Shown piece by piece: positions 12,824 through 25,643 of a DNA stretch of 64,000 nucleotides. The position numbers and the translations under genes are program-made. Numbering within the stretch: position 1 is the first letter of the stretch; every line of letters begins with the position of its first letter. The DNA is taken from assembly GCA_003693705.1 (NCBI GenBank), contig RBZT01000337.1, forward strand, positions 46,125 through 110,124, in the 5' to 3' direction. The notes beneath the pieces are model-generated. The model ran no database searches. It was not told the origin of the DNA and saw only the letters and a program-made list of their open reading frames with translations. Source of the stretch: Polymyxa betae A26-41. Taxonomy: Eukaryota; Protista; Endomyxa: Phytomyxea.

Positions 12824-13994
12824 TTATACTTTATTTATGGGTAACAGTATTGGAGGTAGCCTTATTACCTCGCGTATTTTTTCTAAAGTCTGCCTAGCTT
12901 TGTCTTTTCTGGCGAATGCAGTATTTGCCTCTTGTCGACTCTTCAGCAGCGTACTGTTTCTGGGACTGATCGAGTGGTTCAAACGTGTCGTTCGTTGAAC
13001 AAAATGACAATTTTGATCAAAAGTTAACAAGACCTGAACCAATTGCTGTACCGGTTGAACTGTTTCAATCTTCTACGAGAATTTCAGAAGTTAACATTTG
13101 TATCCATTTTGCTGGGCATTACCATCCGAGCGCTTGATGGATCTTTCCTCGCTGATAAGCACAAAGATGGAAACTGCTCAACTAGAGAAACCACCCTTAG
13201 CAATGCATTCGAAAAGGACATCAAACAAAATGCCTCGTCTAGTAGGATGTGTTTTTGATAACGACTTCTTCCTGCGTTTTTGCTTCGCCTGAACAGCAAT
13301 TCTTGGTGTAAGTTTAGCGATATGTGTCAATGGAATCAGAGGACGTGCTTGACCGCCAATCCCTCTTGGACCGTAGTTTAACATATTGCAAAGGCTGATG
13401 AAACTCAGGAGTACCTTAGCTGCATTTTGGCGTTCGTTACAAATGCTGCATGGAACGAAGATGAAGGATATTCCGCATTCTTATCAGCAGCTGCTTCGTT
13501 GTAAGGAAAGTGACGTCTCTCTAAATGCTCGCCAAGTTTTGTCGGTTCACGATCTTGGCTGTCTAATACAAAGGTCTGGATGTCACTAATTCTCAAAGGC
13601 CGTCATTGTTGCATGTATCACCTTGCTGCGGCTGCAAAGGTCTTTTGTGTGGAAGTCGCAGTAATAAGGGTCCATCGACAATCATCAACGTAGTCGTTCA
13701 ATATCAAGATTTGCTTCTCTATCAGGATATTTTCTGATTCACTTTAGCGATCCATTGAAAAAGAGATCTTTGGCGTTTGCACATCGCTTGGTCTTCGCCT
13801 GATACGAATATTTATCTTTGACGACTTTGAATGGACATTAAAGCAGCTCTGCTTGAATGAAAAAACTTAAGGCCCTTCAAATTGACGTATGGCCAAAATA
13901 AAGGCGTTCTAAATCTGCATTGCTCAAAACAGTTTTGTATGTCTACAAGAATGGTTGACAAAATTTCCAAATATTTCTGCTTTGGTAAAGTCAT
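12824..13994 (-). CDS. Hypothetical multi-exon gene, family not recognised
   Basis: A series of minus-strand open segments between RPL31 and the convergent GFAT end. No motif recognised. Confidence 0.25.
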
Positions 13995-14095
13995 TGGCGA
14001 AATTTGAGCCTGTTGAACAGGACAAACTAATAAGCGACAAAGTCAGTTGCAAATTGTTATAGGTCGAATTTGTTTAATATCAGACAGAGCAACAT

Positions 14096-14464
14096 TTATT
14101 CGTCCTCGACGTTGACGGTCTGTTGGTTCTTGAAGTTCTCGCAGGGCACGTAGGTCACCAGAGTGTACAGTTTCTGTTTGGCGTTCTCGTCTTCATTGCG
14201 CTTGCGGTGCAAGCGAACCCGGACACGGTAGACGACATTACGGATGCCTTTCGACCATACGTGTTTGTTCAGGTCAGCATCAATACGAACATCTTCGGTT
14301 TTCATCTGTTTCATGGCGAATTCGCGAATGGCCTTGATAGCTCGCGGAGCACGCTTTTTAAAGGAGGTGCCATGAATACGTTTGTGGATGTTAATCGTGT
14401 ATTCACGGGTGACGATGTCGGCAGCGCGGGTCGGCTTGCGCTCAGCTTTGGTAGCCTTGACCAT
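14096..14464 (-). CDS. RPL31: 60S ribosomal protein L31 (eL31)
   Basis: [15 protein letters not shown]...[15 protein letters not shown]...[20 protein letters not shown]. Intronless CDS from the ATG at 14464. Confidence 0.97.
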   Translation of the reverse strand: MVKATKAERKPTRAADIVTREYTINIHKRIHGTSFKKRAPRAIKAIREFAMKQMKTEDVRIDADLNKHVWSKGIRNVVYRVRVRLHRKRNEDENAKQKLYTLVTYVPCENFKNQQTVNVEDE

Positions 14465-14809
14465 GGTTGCAGATTTTGTCAACGACAATTACCTTCGTCT
14501 GAGAGCGCAGTCCGCGACGGAGTCCAGATCAGCTGATAATAGCGCCATTCAATATATTGACCCAACACATCTAAAAATCCTGCTTTCTTTTCTTCTGGTT
14601 AAACTTTCAGAAGTCTGTTCTTTCGAGATTTGATCACTGAAGATGATAACGATTGATTATCAAATAAACACTAGGTCTCACATAGTACCTTTCCAATTAT
14701 TGTATTTGTATGAATATTATTCAATGAATTACTGTAACTATCGTATTAGGCAGAGAGCAGTGGGATTCCAAGTAAATATAGTAGTTGCATGGTATATATA
14801 CAATGGATA

Positions 14810-17800
14810 TCAGGAATCGCCTGGGTTATATTCCAGTCTGTCCATGAAGGCTGAATGTACCCGAACGACATTACGCAAAAGTAATGCAGGTTCTGCTGAG
14901 TTCGATCCGATCTCAGCTATCATCGACAGAAAAAAATCTGGCAATCGGTCGCGATTCAGGTATTCGCTGAGCTGGGAAACTTGCTCTTCTGAGTCAAGAA
15001 TTGGAGGGTCATCACGGGCCACGTCGTAGTCGAAATCAAAGCAAATCTGTTCCTTTTTCTTTTTCGTTTTGGAGGCGCCGAGGAACCCACGACAAGATTC
15101 AGCTCCACAAAGACATTTTGTCATCGCCAGTCCAATTCTTTCGAAATTATAGTCCATGGTGACTTCAGTGCCTTTTGGAAGATCTCGTAGAGAGAAAATC
15201 CCGATTCGAGGCGACCCACGAACCGACCATTTCTGGGTCTCGCACGATGGTTCACAGCTGTGATTACAGAATCGACCAATATTGCCTCGTCTCGTAGCAT
15301 CGATGATGATGTTGTTGTAGAGCGACAGAAGATAAAAGTGTTTTTCGGCACGATATTCATTCCGACATCGATCTTTACAAGTTTGAAAATCAACAAGCTG
15401 CAAAATGTAATTTAAGTAAAAAGATGAGAATAAACATCAAATCCAACCTCTCCGACATACTCAATCATAAGATCACCTTGACGAACATCCTGTGCAAGTA
15501 CAAGACCCCAGCCTTTTTCTCCCATCTGTAATCGATTAATGAAAGAAAATTCATGCTAGTGACACGAACATATTCAACAGTCAGTTTCGCCCACTGCCGT
15601 TTTTGAAATCTTTGGTTCGTGCAGCGATCTCCTAGTTTGCATTGATCCGGCTCGCATTCTACATGCGTTAGACGATTGATGCAACAAGAACCGCAACCAG
15701 GTGCAATCTCAACAGGGCATTCACAGTCTAGAATCTCATCACCGCCGGCATATTCAGGCAGGATGGTTGTTGGCAAACAAATGTCTGTATAAGCGAAGTC
15801 ATTCAGAGATACGGTCTGAGATGCTGAGATAAATATTACTTCTGTTGATAATGAAAAACGGAGGCGGATTGTTGACAAAAGTTCCAGTTTTCCGGAGACC
15901 ATCCAATTCGATCTCGGATAATCTGCCTTGAGCCATAGAAAATGGCAATTTGAATTCGGTCTGGTCATTCAGCATCTCAGCACCACCACTTAACGGAAGT
16001 GGCAAGACTAATGTCAGAGATCAGCAAACAAGAGGATAAAAGAACCTAAAGTAAGCCTTACGATCGCGGGTTTTGTTTCGTGGAAACACGAGATCGCAAT
16101 ATAGACCTTTGTTAGTGGTACTGGAAGAGGAGGAAGGGAAGGAGAGTAACTGGACCCCGATTCTGCCTTTAGCATAGCGAATATAGAGAAAATTGGACCC
16201 AGCTTCCTCTTCAGTAATCTCGCCTTCGGTGAAGCTCGCAGCACCAACGAGCTCTTCGCTAACTGTTGGAATCTCATCGTTCACACTTGGAGATGACTCG
16301 TCTTCGACATCCACAGAATCCAGTTTAGGGAGTTTGCTATCTGATCTATAAGCGACGAGCCTGGCGGGACGAAGGTTGACCCGAGTTGATGGTGTTGAAT
16401 AAACAGGTCGAACAAGGGGCCTCCTTGGGCGATGATTTTCATCCAAACGGGGAATAGCTGTTGACGTAAGCACAGGGGCGCGCATCTGAAACTTGGTTTT
16501 TGATAAAATGGCTTCTTTTTCAGCTGCAGATAGAAGTCGTTTAACCGGAATCTGAGAATTAATTGATGCTTCTGTACCCAAACTTGGGGCTGTCGAATTA
16601 GAGTTTTCTGGCGATCCAGAATTATTTTCAATGGAATCCAATTCTTTAGAGGTTAAATTGGCCCAAGGGACATCAGCCAATTTCCATTCTGTTTGCTGTG
16701 CAGATCCCCAAGAATCAGAAACCCGGCGTTCATTGTCTGAGCCCCAGATGAACGATTTGAGAAAAGGGGCTCGGCGAGAGTGGAAAGGTCGATGCCGACT
16801 AAAACTTTCGAAAGTTTCGCCTTGAGCCCGTCCATGGTCAATTTCCATTGATTGGCTTGGAGCACGTTTAGAGTTTTGAGATTGAAATCCATTCTTGGAG
16901 TTCCAGTGGCGCTTTCCCCAAAAAGCAGCGTTATTACAATCGGATTGCCATCGTCGCTTGAAAAACAGCTCATTGAGAAGGGAACTTTCAGCTCCAAAGA
17001 AGCATCGCTCGCATTTACAAGGCATCAGGCAAACACTCGGAATGCGTGTTTTACGAGATGCTTTATCGCTTGAAGACAGTTCGGGGCAAAAAATATCTTG
17101 AGAAGTTGTTTTCAAAGATGTAATCTCAATACCTCGCATAGGGCAAGCTAGTACAGTTTCTTCGTGCTTTAGGTCGTTCCCTTCTAAACCAGGAGCTTTC
17201 TGAACAAGATGGGTTTCGGATGCAATAATATCACAATTAGATCCTGAGACAAACGGTCCGTGGATAGGTGCAGACTCAATATCTTGCAAAGAGCAGACTG
17301 ATAAACCAGGATCTTCCTGTAATGGATGGAATTCGGATTGCATAGCAATAGAATGAGACTCTGGGTTGAGCGGTAGGTGGACAGCCTGAGAGTCGTCAGC
17401 TGGTTCATGATGGCATTGAAAATCGAGTGAAGCCTTGACAAATTCAATAACTTCCGCTGGGTAAAGCGATTGGTCATCACAGGTAGTTGTCTGTGTATCT
17501 AACTGCTCCCGGCAAATACGTTTGCCTTCAATAGCATTAACGTTAGCGAGAAGATTGTCCGGAGCTGGACATTCACAGTCATGTTGCTCTGGAATCGGTC
17601 CAGTGGGGATAGATGAATGGACGGCATTCGAATCTTTCTGCAAGGTTTCAGATTTTAAGTTCAGTCCGGGAGAAATCCCAAACAGTATACGATTCCGGTT
17701 AATACGAGATTTCCCGAGCACAACACGAGAACGTGTATTCTCAGAAGGGCTACGATGGCCACCCCGCTGAGTTTTGTTGGGGTCCTCAAGATAATGAGCT

Positions 17801-18030
17801 TTTCGTTCAGGGAAGATTTCGTGAAGCTTCTCTTCGTCTGAAAAAGCAGCAGGTCGAGATTTAGCGCTGTGGCCTATTTCCTGTTTGAATCGTTTTCTTG
17901 CAGGAATATGAGCGGAGGTTTTTAAAGAGCGATCAGAAAGCACTGGCTCAGCCAGTGACTTGATCAGATTGACATCAGAATGCAGTACTGCTGGTGCCGA
18001 ATCGGAATTGGAGTGCATGCTGTCGACCAT
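14810..18030 (-). CDS. SET2/ASH1-type histone-lysine N-methyltransferase (AWS-SET-postSET) with long low-complexity N-terminus
   Basis: AWS-like CGSCCINRLTHVEC...CTNQRFQKRQW; SET IDATRRGNIGRFCNHSCEPSC...EVTMDYNF; post-SET KCLCGAESCRGFLG. Start uncertain. Confidence 0.85.
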
Positions 18031-18153
18031 GGGCCGAGGAGCGCGAATAAAAAAAACAAGGTGGCAGTCGACGCCGCTACCTGTCAATATTGAACCGATT
18101 CATAATCTGGACAAGTATAATGTGTGTTGGGGTTTGCCGCTTTATCTGCAGCC

Positions 18154-18189
18154 GGGGCAAGATGGGGTCGATCGGGGGCCCGTTCGGGG
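18154..18189 (+). other. Canonical G-quadruplex-forming motif
   Basis: GGGG-caagat-GGGG-tcgatc-GGGGG-cccgttc-GGGG between the divergent SET and CUE genes. Confidence 0.55.
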
Positions 18190-18678
18190 ATCTCACTGCA
18201 ACATAAACCCTAATCCAATGTTAACGCAATTCGAGCAGAGACTCCATTCCGGAGAACATGTAGTCCCGTGATGCCCTTGGTTAAGCTATTTGCATAATGA
18301 AATTGATAAACCTGACACGATTACAATATATTCTCACTGCTCGATTTACTGTCAAAGTCTGTCAAAAATGTTAGAAAAACAGTGCCTTCAACCCAAAATT
18401 GGCATGGTATCACTGGTGATGATGAGAAACGCAGTCTGGAATCTGGATTAGCTAAAATACTCCTTTGTCTGTCAGCCATTTACCTCTAACGATCCGGCTA
18501 GTTTGAAACCTGGTTTTAGAAAGCAATGTGCACACTAGATTTCATATTTTTGAGTGTATCCCACTTTACGCGCTTTGTAATCCTTAACATTTCCTTCAAA
18601 TTCTCATAAGCAATTCAAGCTACTTCTCGTATGGTGATACCGATTTCTCTTATCTAGTTTCCGTCGAGCACAGATATC

Positions 18679-19338
18679 ATGACCGATTTAGTTGAACTTC
18701 AGTCACTGTTCCCGAATATCGACATCGACGTGATTTCAGTAATATTTCAGGTTGTTATTGCATCAATTATTTGCATGCTTTATTCAGTTGCTTGACGGTG
18801 GACGCTTTCTAGGCTAGTGGCTACAATTTTGCACATACCATCGACAATTTATTAGAAGTTGGTCAAGATGGAGTAGCAGGCGCCTCATTGCCTGACGATT
18901 TCTTGAGACCGCCATCATATTTCAGAAACTTATCAAGACAATCTGTAGCTGGAGAACATTTCCAGATTCCGGGTCCAGAAATATATACCCAACATCGAGC
19001 AAGGGAAACTACAACGTCCAAGAGATACAAGCTTAGCCTCTCTAGTTTGAAAATTGTTGAACAAATATCCAGCTTAAGCAATGGTGGGGAAATTGAAGGG
19101 GAATTCCTCGACCGGTAACTGAACTGTCTCTAGCTGCAAAGAAACAGTTTCTTAGAATTCGATCCAAGTTTGGCGGACCCACAAACTATACAGAAAAAAA
19201 GCTTATTGCAAACCCGGAGTAGAAATAGGCAATCTTCATTGGTTTGATAAGTTGTTTTGATTCTGTCAAGGTGAAGACGATGTCATATATTCCAGTATTG
19301 ACTATGAAGGCGAAGAATGCCACTACGATGATAATTGA
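18679..19338 (+). CDS. Small CUE-domain (ubiquitin-binding) protein
   Basis: Spliced N-terminus MTDLVELQSLFPNIDIDVISVIFQASGYNFAHTIDNLLE has the CUE FP...LL pattern, followed by LPDDFLRPP. The last exon ends EECHYDDN-stop. Confidence 0.6.
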
Positions 19339-19400
19339 TCAAAAATTCTGGGTGCTGACAAAGCTGAATCTGCATATTAAGCCATAATAATTATGATACA

Positions 19401-22400
19401 TTATTCAATAAAATAAGCATTGTTCTCATTCAACTGCATTCGTGTTTTGAGAGTACGCTGTTGATAATATTGAGCCATTTGAAGATCGCCTTTCTGGTTC
19501 AAAATCTCGCTGAGGTTAGAGCAGCTTCTCGCGACTTCAACTGAAGCAGCACCGTATATTCCTTCGTAAATTAAGCAGGCCTTTTCGTGGGCCTCCTTTG
19601 CCTTGTCTAGGCTGTTCTCCAATTGATACAGCTTTCCTAGATTGGAATATAGCTCAGCAGTAGCTGGGTGGGTTTTACCCAACGACACCAGCGCCCATTT
19701 AAGAGCCTGTACAAATATTACTGAGAAGCCAAGCAAAAAGATAATCTCAGAGCGAACCTGCGTTAAAGACGATTCGGCCAAACTGTGTAAGCCAAGCTCT
19801 ATGTACCGATTCCCAACATCATCTAACATACGAACTAATAGTGGATGATGAGATCCATATAATCGTTTGAGGATTGACAGTGAGACTTTCAAGCACTGAT
19901 CGGCTTTAACTGACTGATCACAAATAGTGATTAAAAAAGAATCAAGAAGGAAGAACATTCTAGATACCTGCCCCATAGTTTGATATATATTGACAAGATG
20001 AGCATAGGTTGCACTTGTCCTAGCATCAGGACCACGAGAAAGTTCAAGCGCTCTTTTAGCACAAATGCGAGCGTTGTTGATGTCGTCGTTGCCGATATAA
20101 GCTTCACATAGATCATTAAGAGTACTATGTATCTCAGAAGCTACGCAAAGAAGCTGGGCAGTAGGGTTCGTTCGAACGGATGATGGAGAGTAATTCAACT
20201 CTGTGCTATTAATTCCGGAAACCTTTCCTTTGAGATGTGGAGGCGGCGGTGGGGGAGGCAACGAGCTGCCGACAGAAGACGAATTAGAATTTGGAGCGCT
20301 TAGAGCAACTGCCGTCTCTGACTTGTCACATAAAACCACATCTAATTTTAATCTCAGAGCTTGGGTGGCCATATCAAATGCCCCATCTTCCATGTATTGT
20401 TCCGCCTTGAAAACACCCAATGTCAGTCTAACAATGCAAGCGACGAACACATTTTACCATATACGGAAACATGTTACATTTGCTGTTCGATATGATAGGC
20501 CATTTGCAACGAGGTTCGATAAAGGAAATATCGTTGCCACTAACGGGAGAGGGATAGTCAAACCTGCAGTTTGTCCCACCATCATGAAGCCATACACCAC
20601 AATGATGTTGTAAACTGGCTAAAAGTAGGGGGCGGTGTAGAAGCATGCCTTCTTCGTAGGTTAATTTAAATGCAAACTTTTGTTCCAGTCGTTCAGCCAA
20701 AGCGTTCCTCCATAAATCAGCGAACTTATCGCTTGTTGAAAGAAAAATATTGAAATGTTCTGCAGCCAGTTCACGTAAAGACTTGGCATGACAATTTGTT
20801 GCTGATAGAAGCTTTTCGTTAACCTGATTGTCCTCAGAATTTTCTTCACAATACCCGTCTCGCCTGATAGCCAACGCTCGACTTTTCTTCCTCATGTTCT
20901 GGTTCAGATTCTGCTTACAGCAGCGAGCGACCATCTCACATATGGTCATCTCTCGAACGTGAGGTAACCGTGTAGTCTCTGCAATTAAACCCAGATACCG
21001 AACGTTGATCCCTCGAGCATGCAAAACCGTGGTGAAATGGGCGCTGTCAATAGGCAAAACCTGCAGAAGATCCAACTCTTTAACGAATTCCTGTATGCAA
21101 TGACTTTTCAAATACTGGAGAGCTTTGTCCAGATTATCATCGCATTCTTTGGAATCAACTGTACCAGTGATGATGGATGCATCTGGAGATAGTCTTTGTC
21201 CATACAGCTTCAAAAATTCGGGTCTCAGCTGCCTAGCTGATTGCGAGCCGTCTTTTGTTCCGAATTTATGGTCCATTGGAAAAGACCTCGTTAAATTTGT
21301 AACATACATGCGCTGATCTTCCCCTTTATGAACCATAAGAGAACTTGAGCTATGTATGCTAATGCAGTCAGAACTTCCAGAGTTCGATTCTTGATAAGGG
21401 ACTAAATGTGTAGCCAATCCCAGCTCAGCAGCAGCTTGCTCCAGCATTAAATTAGCTGACGTATCAATGTGAAATTGGCCTTTAACGCGACCGAAGCAGA
21501 TATGGGAATCGTCATAAATCGGAACCAGTGCCAGACAGAATAATCGGAAGCCGAGATGATCAACAATACAACAGAGATAGGTATGGAGTCCCTTAACAGA
21601 CGAATTGGCATATGCTTGGATCCCATGAACATCATGGGTACACATTTTTCGACGTAATTCGTCTTGAGCGTCGTTACTGTCTTGCATATACTATATAATG
21701 TGAATGACAAGAAGAGCAATGAAAAAGGACGAATGTACCTGAAAAACAATTCCCTCCAGCATAAACGTTTCCTCTTCCGGACAATTATCGTTCCTATCCA
21801 GTGGCCGAATCGTCTTTAGATGAGCCGGCAGTGTATATTCTTCAATGATCGTCCTTGATATTCTAACTGATGTCGAAACAAAATCGAAAATCAATTGATT
21901 CAGAGCTTGCGCTTTCGAAACGGCTGCATCGAATGTAGACTCGTTCTGTTCTATAATCGATTGATATATCTCATTCCATGCTACATCTCCGGTATTAGAA
22001 TCCAGCTGGTCCCCTGGGGAAGCTACTGCTAACGAATGCTGCTGATTTTGCGAAGGTATGATTGGGGATCCTGGAGACGATGTTTCAGAACCTATATTCG
22101 AGACCATATCGGGCGAATTGGTCTCTCCCTCAGCAATTTTCGTCTTAGTTTTTTGCAACAGTTGTTGTCTCAAAAAACGAATCCATTCGTTAACTTCGCG
22201 AGGAGTCTCAGCAGCAAATTCGTATTTTTGCCCAACGGCAGTTGTGATTTCGAACCGATATCTGTATCCATTGAGATAAAACAAAACGCCTCCACACATA
22301 TTCTGACCGGCTTCTAGACGAAGGTTTAACTTGAATTGTAGCAAAATTAAGGGATATCGTATTTTTGATTTTCGGAGCAACGGGATCGGTGCTATATGAC

Positions 22401-22525
22401 ATTTCTCCATTCGCAGCATGGACCCATCGCTTTCTCCAAAACAATCCCAGGCGGGAACGTTTATAAAGCACACCAGCCTTAACGTCGTCTAGCGAGCGAT
22501 TGACCGAGGCACTAGCGAGCGCCAT
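19401..22525 (-). CDS. PH domain + CLU domain + TPR repeat protein
   Basis: N-terminal PH (KAGVLYKRSRLGLFWRKRWV...YEFAAETPREVNEWIRFL); CLU (CIVDHLGFRLFCLA, HKGEDQRMYVTNLTRSFP, LRPE, LHARGINVRYLG, EMVARCCKQ); kinesin-light-chain-like TPRs (HPATAELYSNLGKLY). Confidence 0.75.
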
Positions 22526-22992
22526 CTATGCATATGGCGGGCCTAAATGAGTTCTGGTTCCGAGCGAATCTAACCTCTACCTATGTATATGTGTAAGGGA
22601 TGACGGGCAGGCAGGTCGAATAGAGAACCCTGCATCGTCACTCATGTACCACTATGCCTGGCCTTTCGAAGTTGGGACCCTCTTCTTTTTTCTATAGTCC
22701 ATGACCATCCCCTATGCTATTTGCTGTATCGTCTATTTTATTTCCAGGTTATGCTTCATGCGTCTTTCCTAATACGGATCGTTCGGTCTAAATTGATGGT
22801 TGTAAAACGATGCAGCTTCATGATTCAGTAGTGGCGTCAAGAAGCATTAATCAAATTAGAAATGCTCATAGTTTTATATCTGTCTAAACTGATCATAATC
22901 GCATTACTACGCTTATTATGCACCAGTGCCTTCATAAATACCAGATCAATTCAAAGACCGAACATTTCTTCAAGCAGCTTTTGATATCGGTA

Positions 22993-24527
22993 TTACGAAC
23001 GATAAGAATTTCGGGAACCTTCACAGTCATTTCTGCCAGTTCCAGGCTCCAACTTCAGGACGTTTAGGCGAACCTCCTTTCTAGCCCTCTCCACCATTTC
23101 ACGATTTTCGCGAGCGATTGTTTCTAGTGCTTTTACATGGCTTTGCTCGATTTCATCGATTCGCTGTCTCATCTCAATCTCCTTCATCAACACTACAGAT
23201 GCAGATGTTAATGCACTTCATTACAGTTGAGAAAAAACATACATTTTTCTTCGAGCTCCTTGATCTTTGTTGTGTTTTGTTGGTGCATAGCGAAAAACTT
23301 GGATTCATTAGTCAACGATAATGCAGTCAGTTTGAGAAGCTCAGAGTTCGCCTTTTCCAGCTTCTCTTGTAAGCTCTTGATCTTGTTATCGCGAAGATGG
23401 TCGCTGCGACTTGACATCACCAAATCGGTTTGATAACCGGGCTGAAGCATCTTCCTTTGCTCATATGCTCGACTGCTGTAAACATTACTAGTGCTAGGAC
23501 GTCGTGGTCGAATTTTGTGGTTGTCCACCAGAGGCTCGTTTTCATGGCTCGATTTACGTCGTACTTCTGAGTGGCTGTTGATGGAGAGGCTGCATAGCCG
23601 CTGAATTTCCTTCAGCAGAAAGTCCATTTTGTCGACTTGTGGATGAATATCATGTGCCAAGCGCTTGATAAACCATGCTGCACTTATTGAAGAGAGTTCT
23701 GAGGTAATCATCGGAACGATCAAAATAGGTTGACAGTTAAAAGACAAGATTTGACGAAGCTGCTGGCTCAAAAAAGATGGCTTTGATACGCATCCTAGAA
23801 TTCCTTTAGACACATTCACTAGAACGTCTTCGATCGATCCTAGTTCCTCTTTGCTGTCAGGAGAGGCCTCGATGAAAGTAAATTTCGTCAAAGATCCAAT
23901 CTAATAAACCATAAATTCCAGATATGAAGCTGATGTTCATGATCTCACATGAAATGATACAAAGATAATGCTTCGAGATGAATGTCGGTGCTGTAGTGCA
24001 GTTTGCACCAAGCCCTCCAGTTGACCCGGGAAAGAGATTTGAACATGGGAGGATGAACTGGAGCCGTCATTCGAGTGAAGATGCCGACGATAATATATTG
24101 TCAAATCAAACAGGCCTTCGTTGGTGACTTCAATGATCGAAGTATTGACAGATTCATCAAAAGGCAGTGCAAATGCACTTTCAAGAAACCGAATAAGCAT
24201 GCCCCGATTGTTATCATGGCCATTGCCAAATAAAGTGAAGCTCTTTCCGCTGGATTTCGCTCCATATAATACAATACATGCATCGGTATGATTGACAATG
24301 GAGGATTGCAACAAAGGGGTGATGATTTCCTCGTATACATCACGCTGCGAGGCTGACTCTTCGAAGACACCATTGGTATGAATTTCGATAGGTGATTGCC
24401 CAGGTTCTTGGCAAATCAAGTCAGTTGTGGTGATCTTCTTGCATATCGTTGTATCTGAAGGAGAGCGACTCGATCTCAGGCGCACATATACCTTTATATT
24501 TCTACTTCTATCGTCTGTATCTGTCAT
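22993..24527 (-). CDS. Divergent kinesin-like protein (degenerate motor + coiled coil)
   Basis: NIKVYVRLR, VFEESASQRDVY, P-loop YGAKSSGKSFTL and IIEVTNEGLFDL are present; the switch motifs are degenerate; C-terminal coiled coil. 3' end approximate. Confidence 0.7.
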
Positions 24528-24782
24528 GCTCTGAGCTTACAATAGCACTTAGAAGCCGCTATCAACAGAGATCGTGTCAAGAGTACTTTAAGCATACCAA
24601 CCTCCATAATGAAATAACGCTGCATCTCCACAAGAGCATAAAGGAAATGTGATGATATCTGACATGAGACAGATTATCACTACTAACGGGATTGGTATTG
24701 CGCGGCCATCTCTCTTTGATTGCCACGTCTTTCGTCGTGGCATTCTTTGCATTAAGAATCGGAAAACGGTCTCACCACGGCC

Positions 24783-25181
24783 ATGGACCGTAGCTCCGCT
24801 TCGCAGACCGTTGAAGAACCGCTTGATCTGGTTCGGCTGTCTCTCAATGAGAGAATTTTAGTCCAATGCAAAGGCGGGAGGCAACTCCGGGGTCTTCTCC
24901 ATGTAGGCTTTTCAAAAGTCATCCGATGGCTTGAACTGAAACCATCATCGTATCAGGCTTATGACCAGCATTTGAATATGGTTCTTGCTGATGTCCAGGA
25001 GACAACAACAACAGTTGAGATTGATGAAGAAACGGACGAAGAGATTGTCAAGGTAACGAGATTCTCTGTCGACTAATTTAAGGTTTTAACTTTCTCGAAG
25101 ACATCGAAACGAGAAATGGATTTGCTCTTCGTCCGCGGTGACGGCGTCGTTTTAGTCTCTCCACCACTTCGTACTGCATAA
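24783..25181 (+). CDS. LSM3: U6 snRNA-associated Sm-like protein LSm3
   Basis: [15 protein letters not shown]...[21 protein letters not shown]...[18 protein letters not shown]; two short introns. Confidence 0.93.
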
Positions 25182-25643
25182 ATTTATCACATTAAAATAC
25201 ATATCTTAACAGCATTCGCTTTGGCGTTTTTCACTGTCTTTTCATGCCCAGGAATGCTAGAGTTCCTGATACTAAGCCTCTCATTTTTGTCATGGTATGA
25301 TTGAAGATATCTAGGTCTCACTAAAGGCTCCATGCTACTAAGTTGATATCGCTGCAATTCACGGATCAATCAAAGAAAACCAATACTTACATATCTGCTC
25401 GTAAAGATGCTCCAAGTCAGCAATCTATAAAATTTTGCTGAAACTTGATAACTTGAATTGAATTGTCAACTTTCGGGCGAACTGATCTATAAATGCAGCA
25501 TCGAAAACACGGTTGAGAACGTGATTTGTCTGCACAACCTATCAATCTGATACGAATTCTTCACCACCGCAGTTCGGTGATAGCGGATTTCCCTTCTACT
25601 AATCGAATTATCAATCAGGACACCCATCGTGTCAACTACTGAA

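Noticed and set aside
14123-14536. 137-aa plus-strand ORF over RPL31 (likewise 29541-29945 over SmD1, 37860-38540 and 53688-54218)
   Set aside because: Antisense ORFs explained by the codon bias of the real genes; no motifs.
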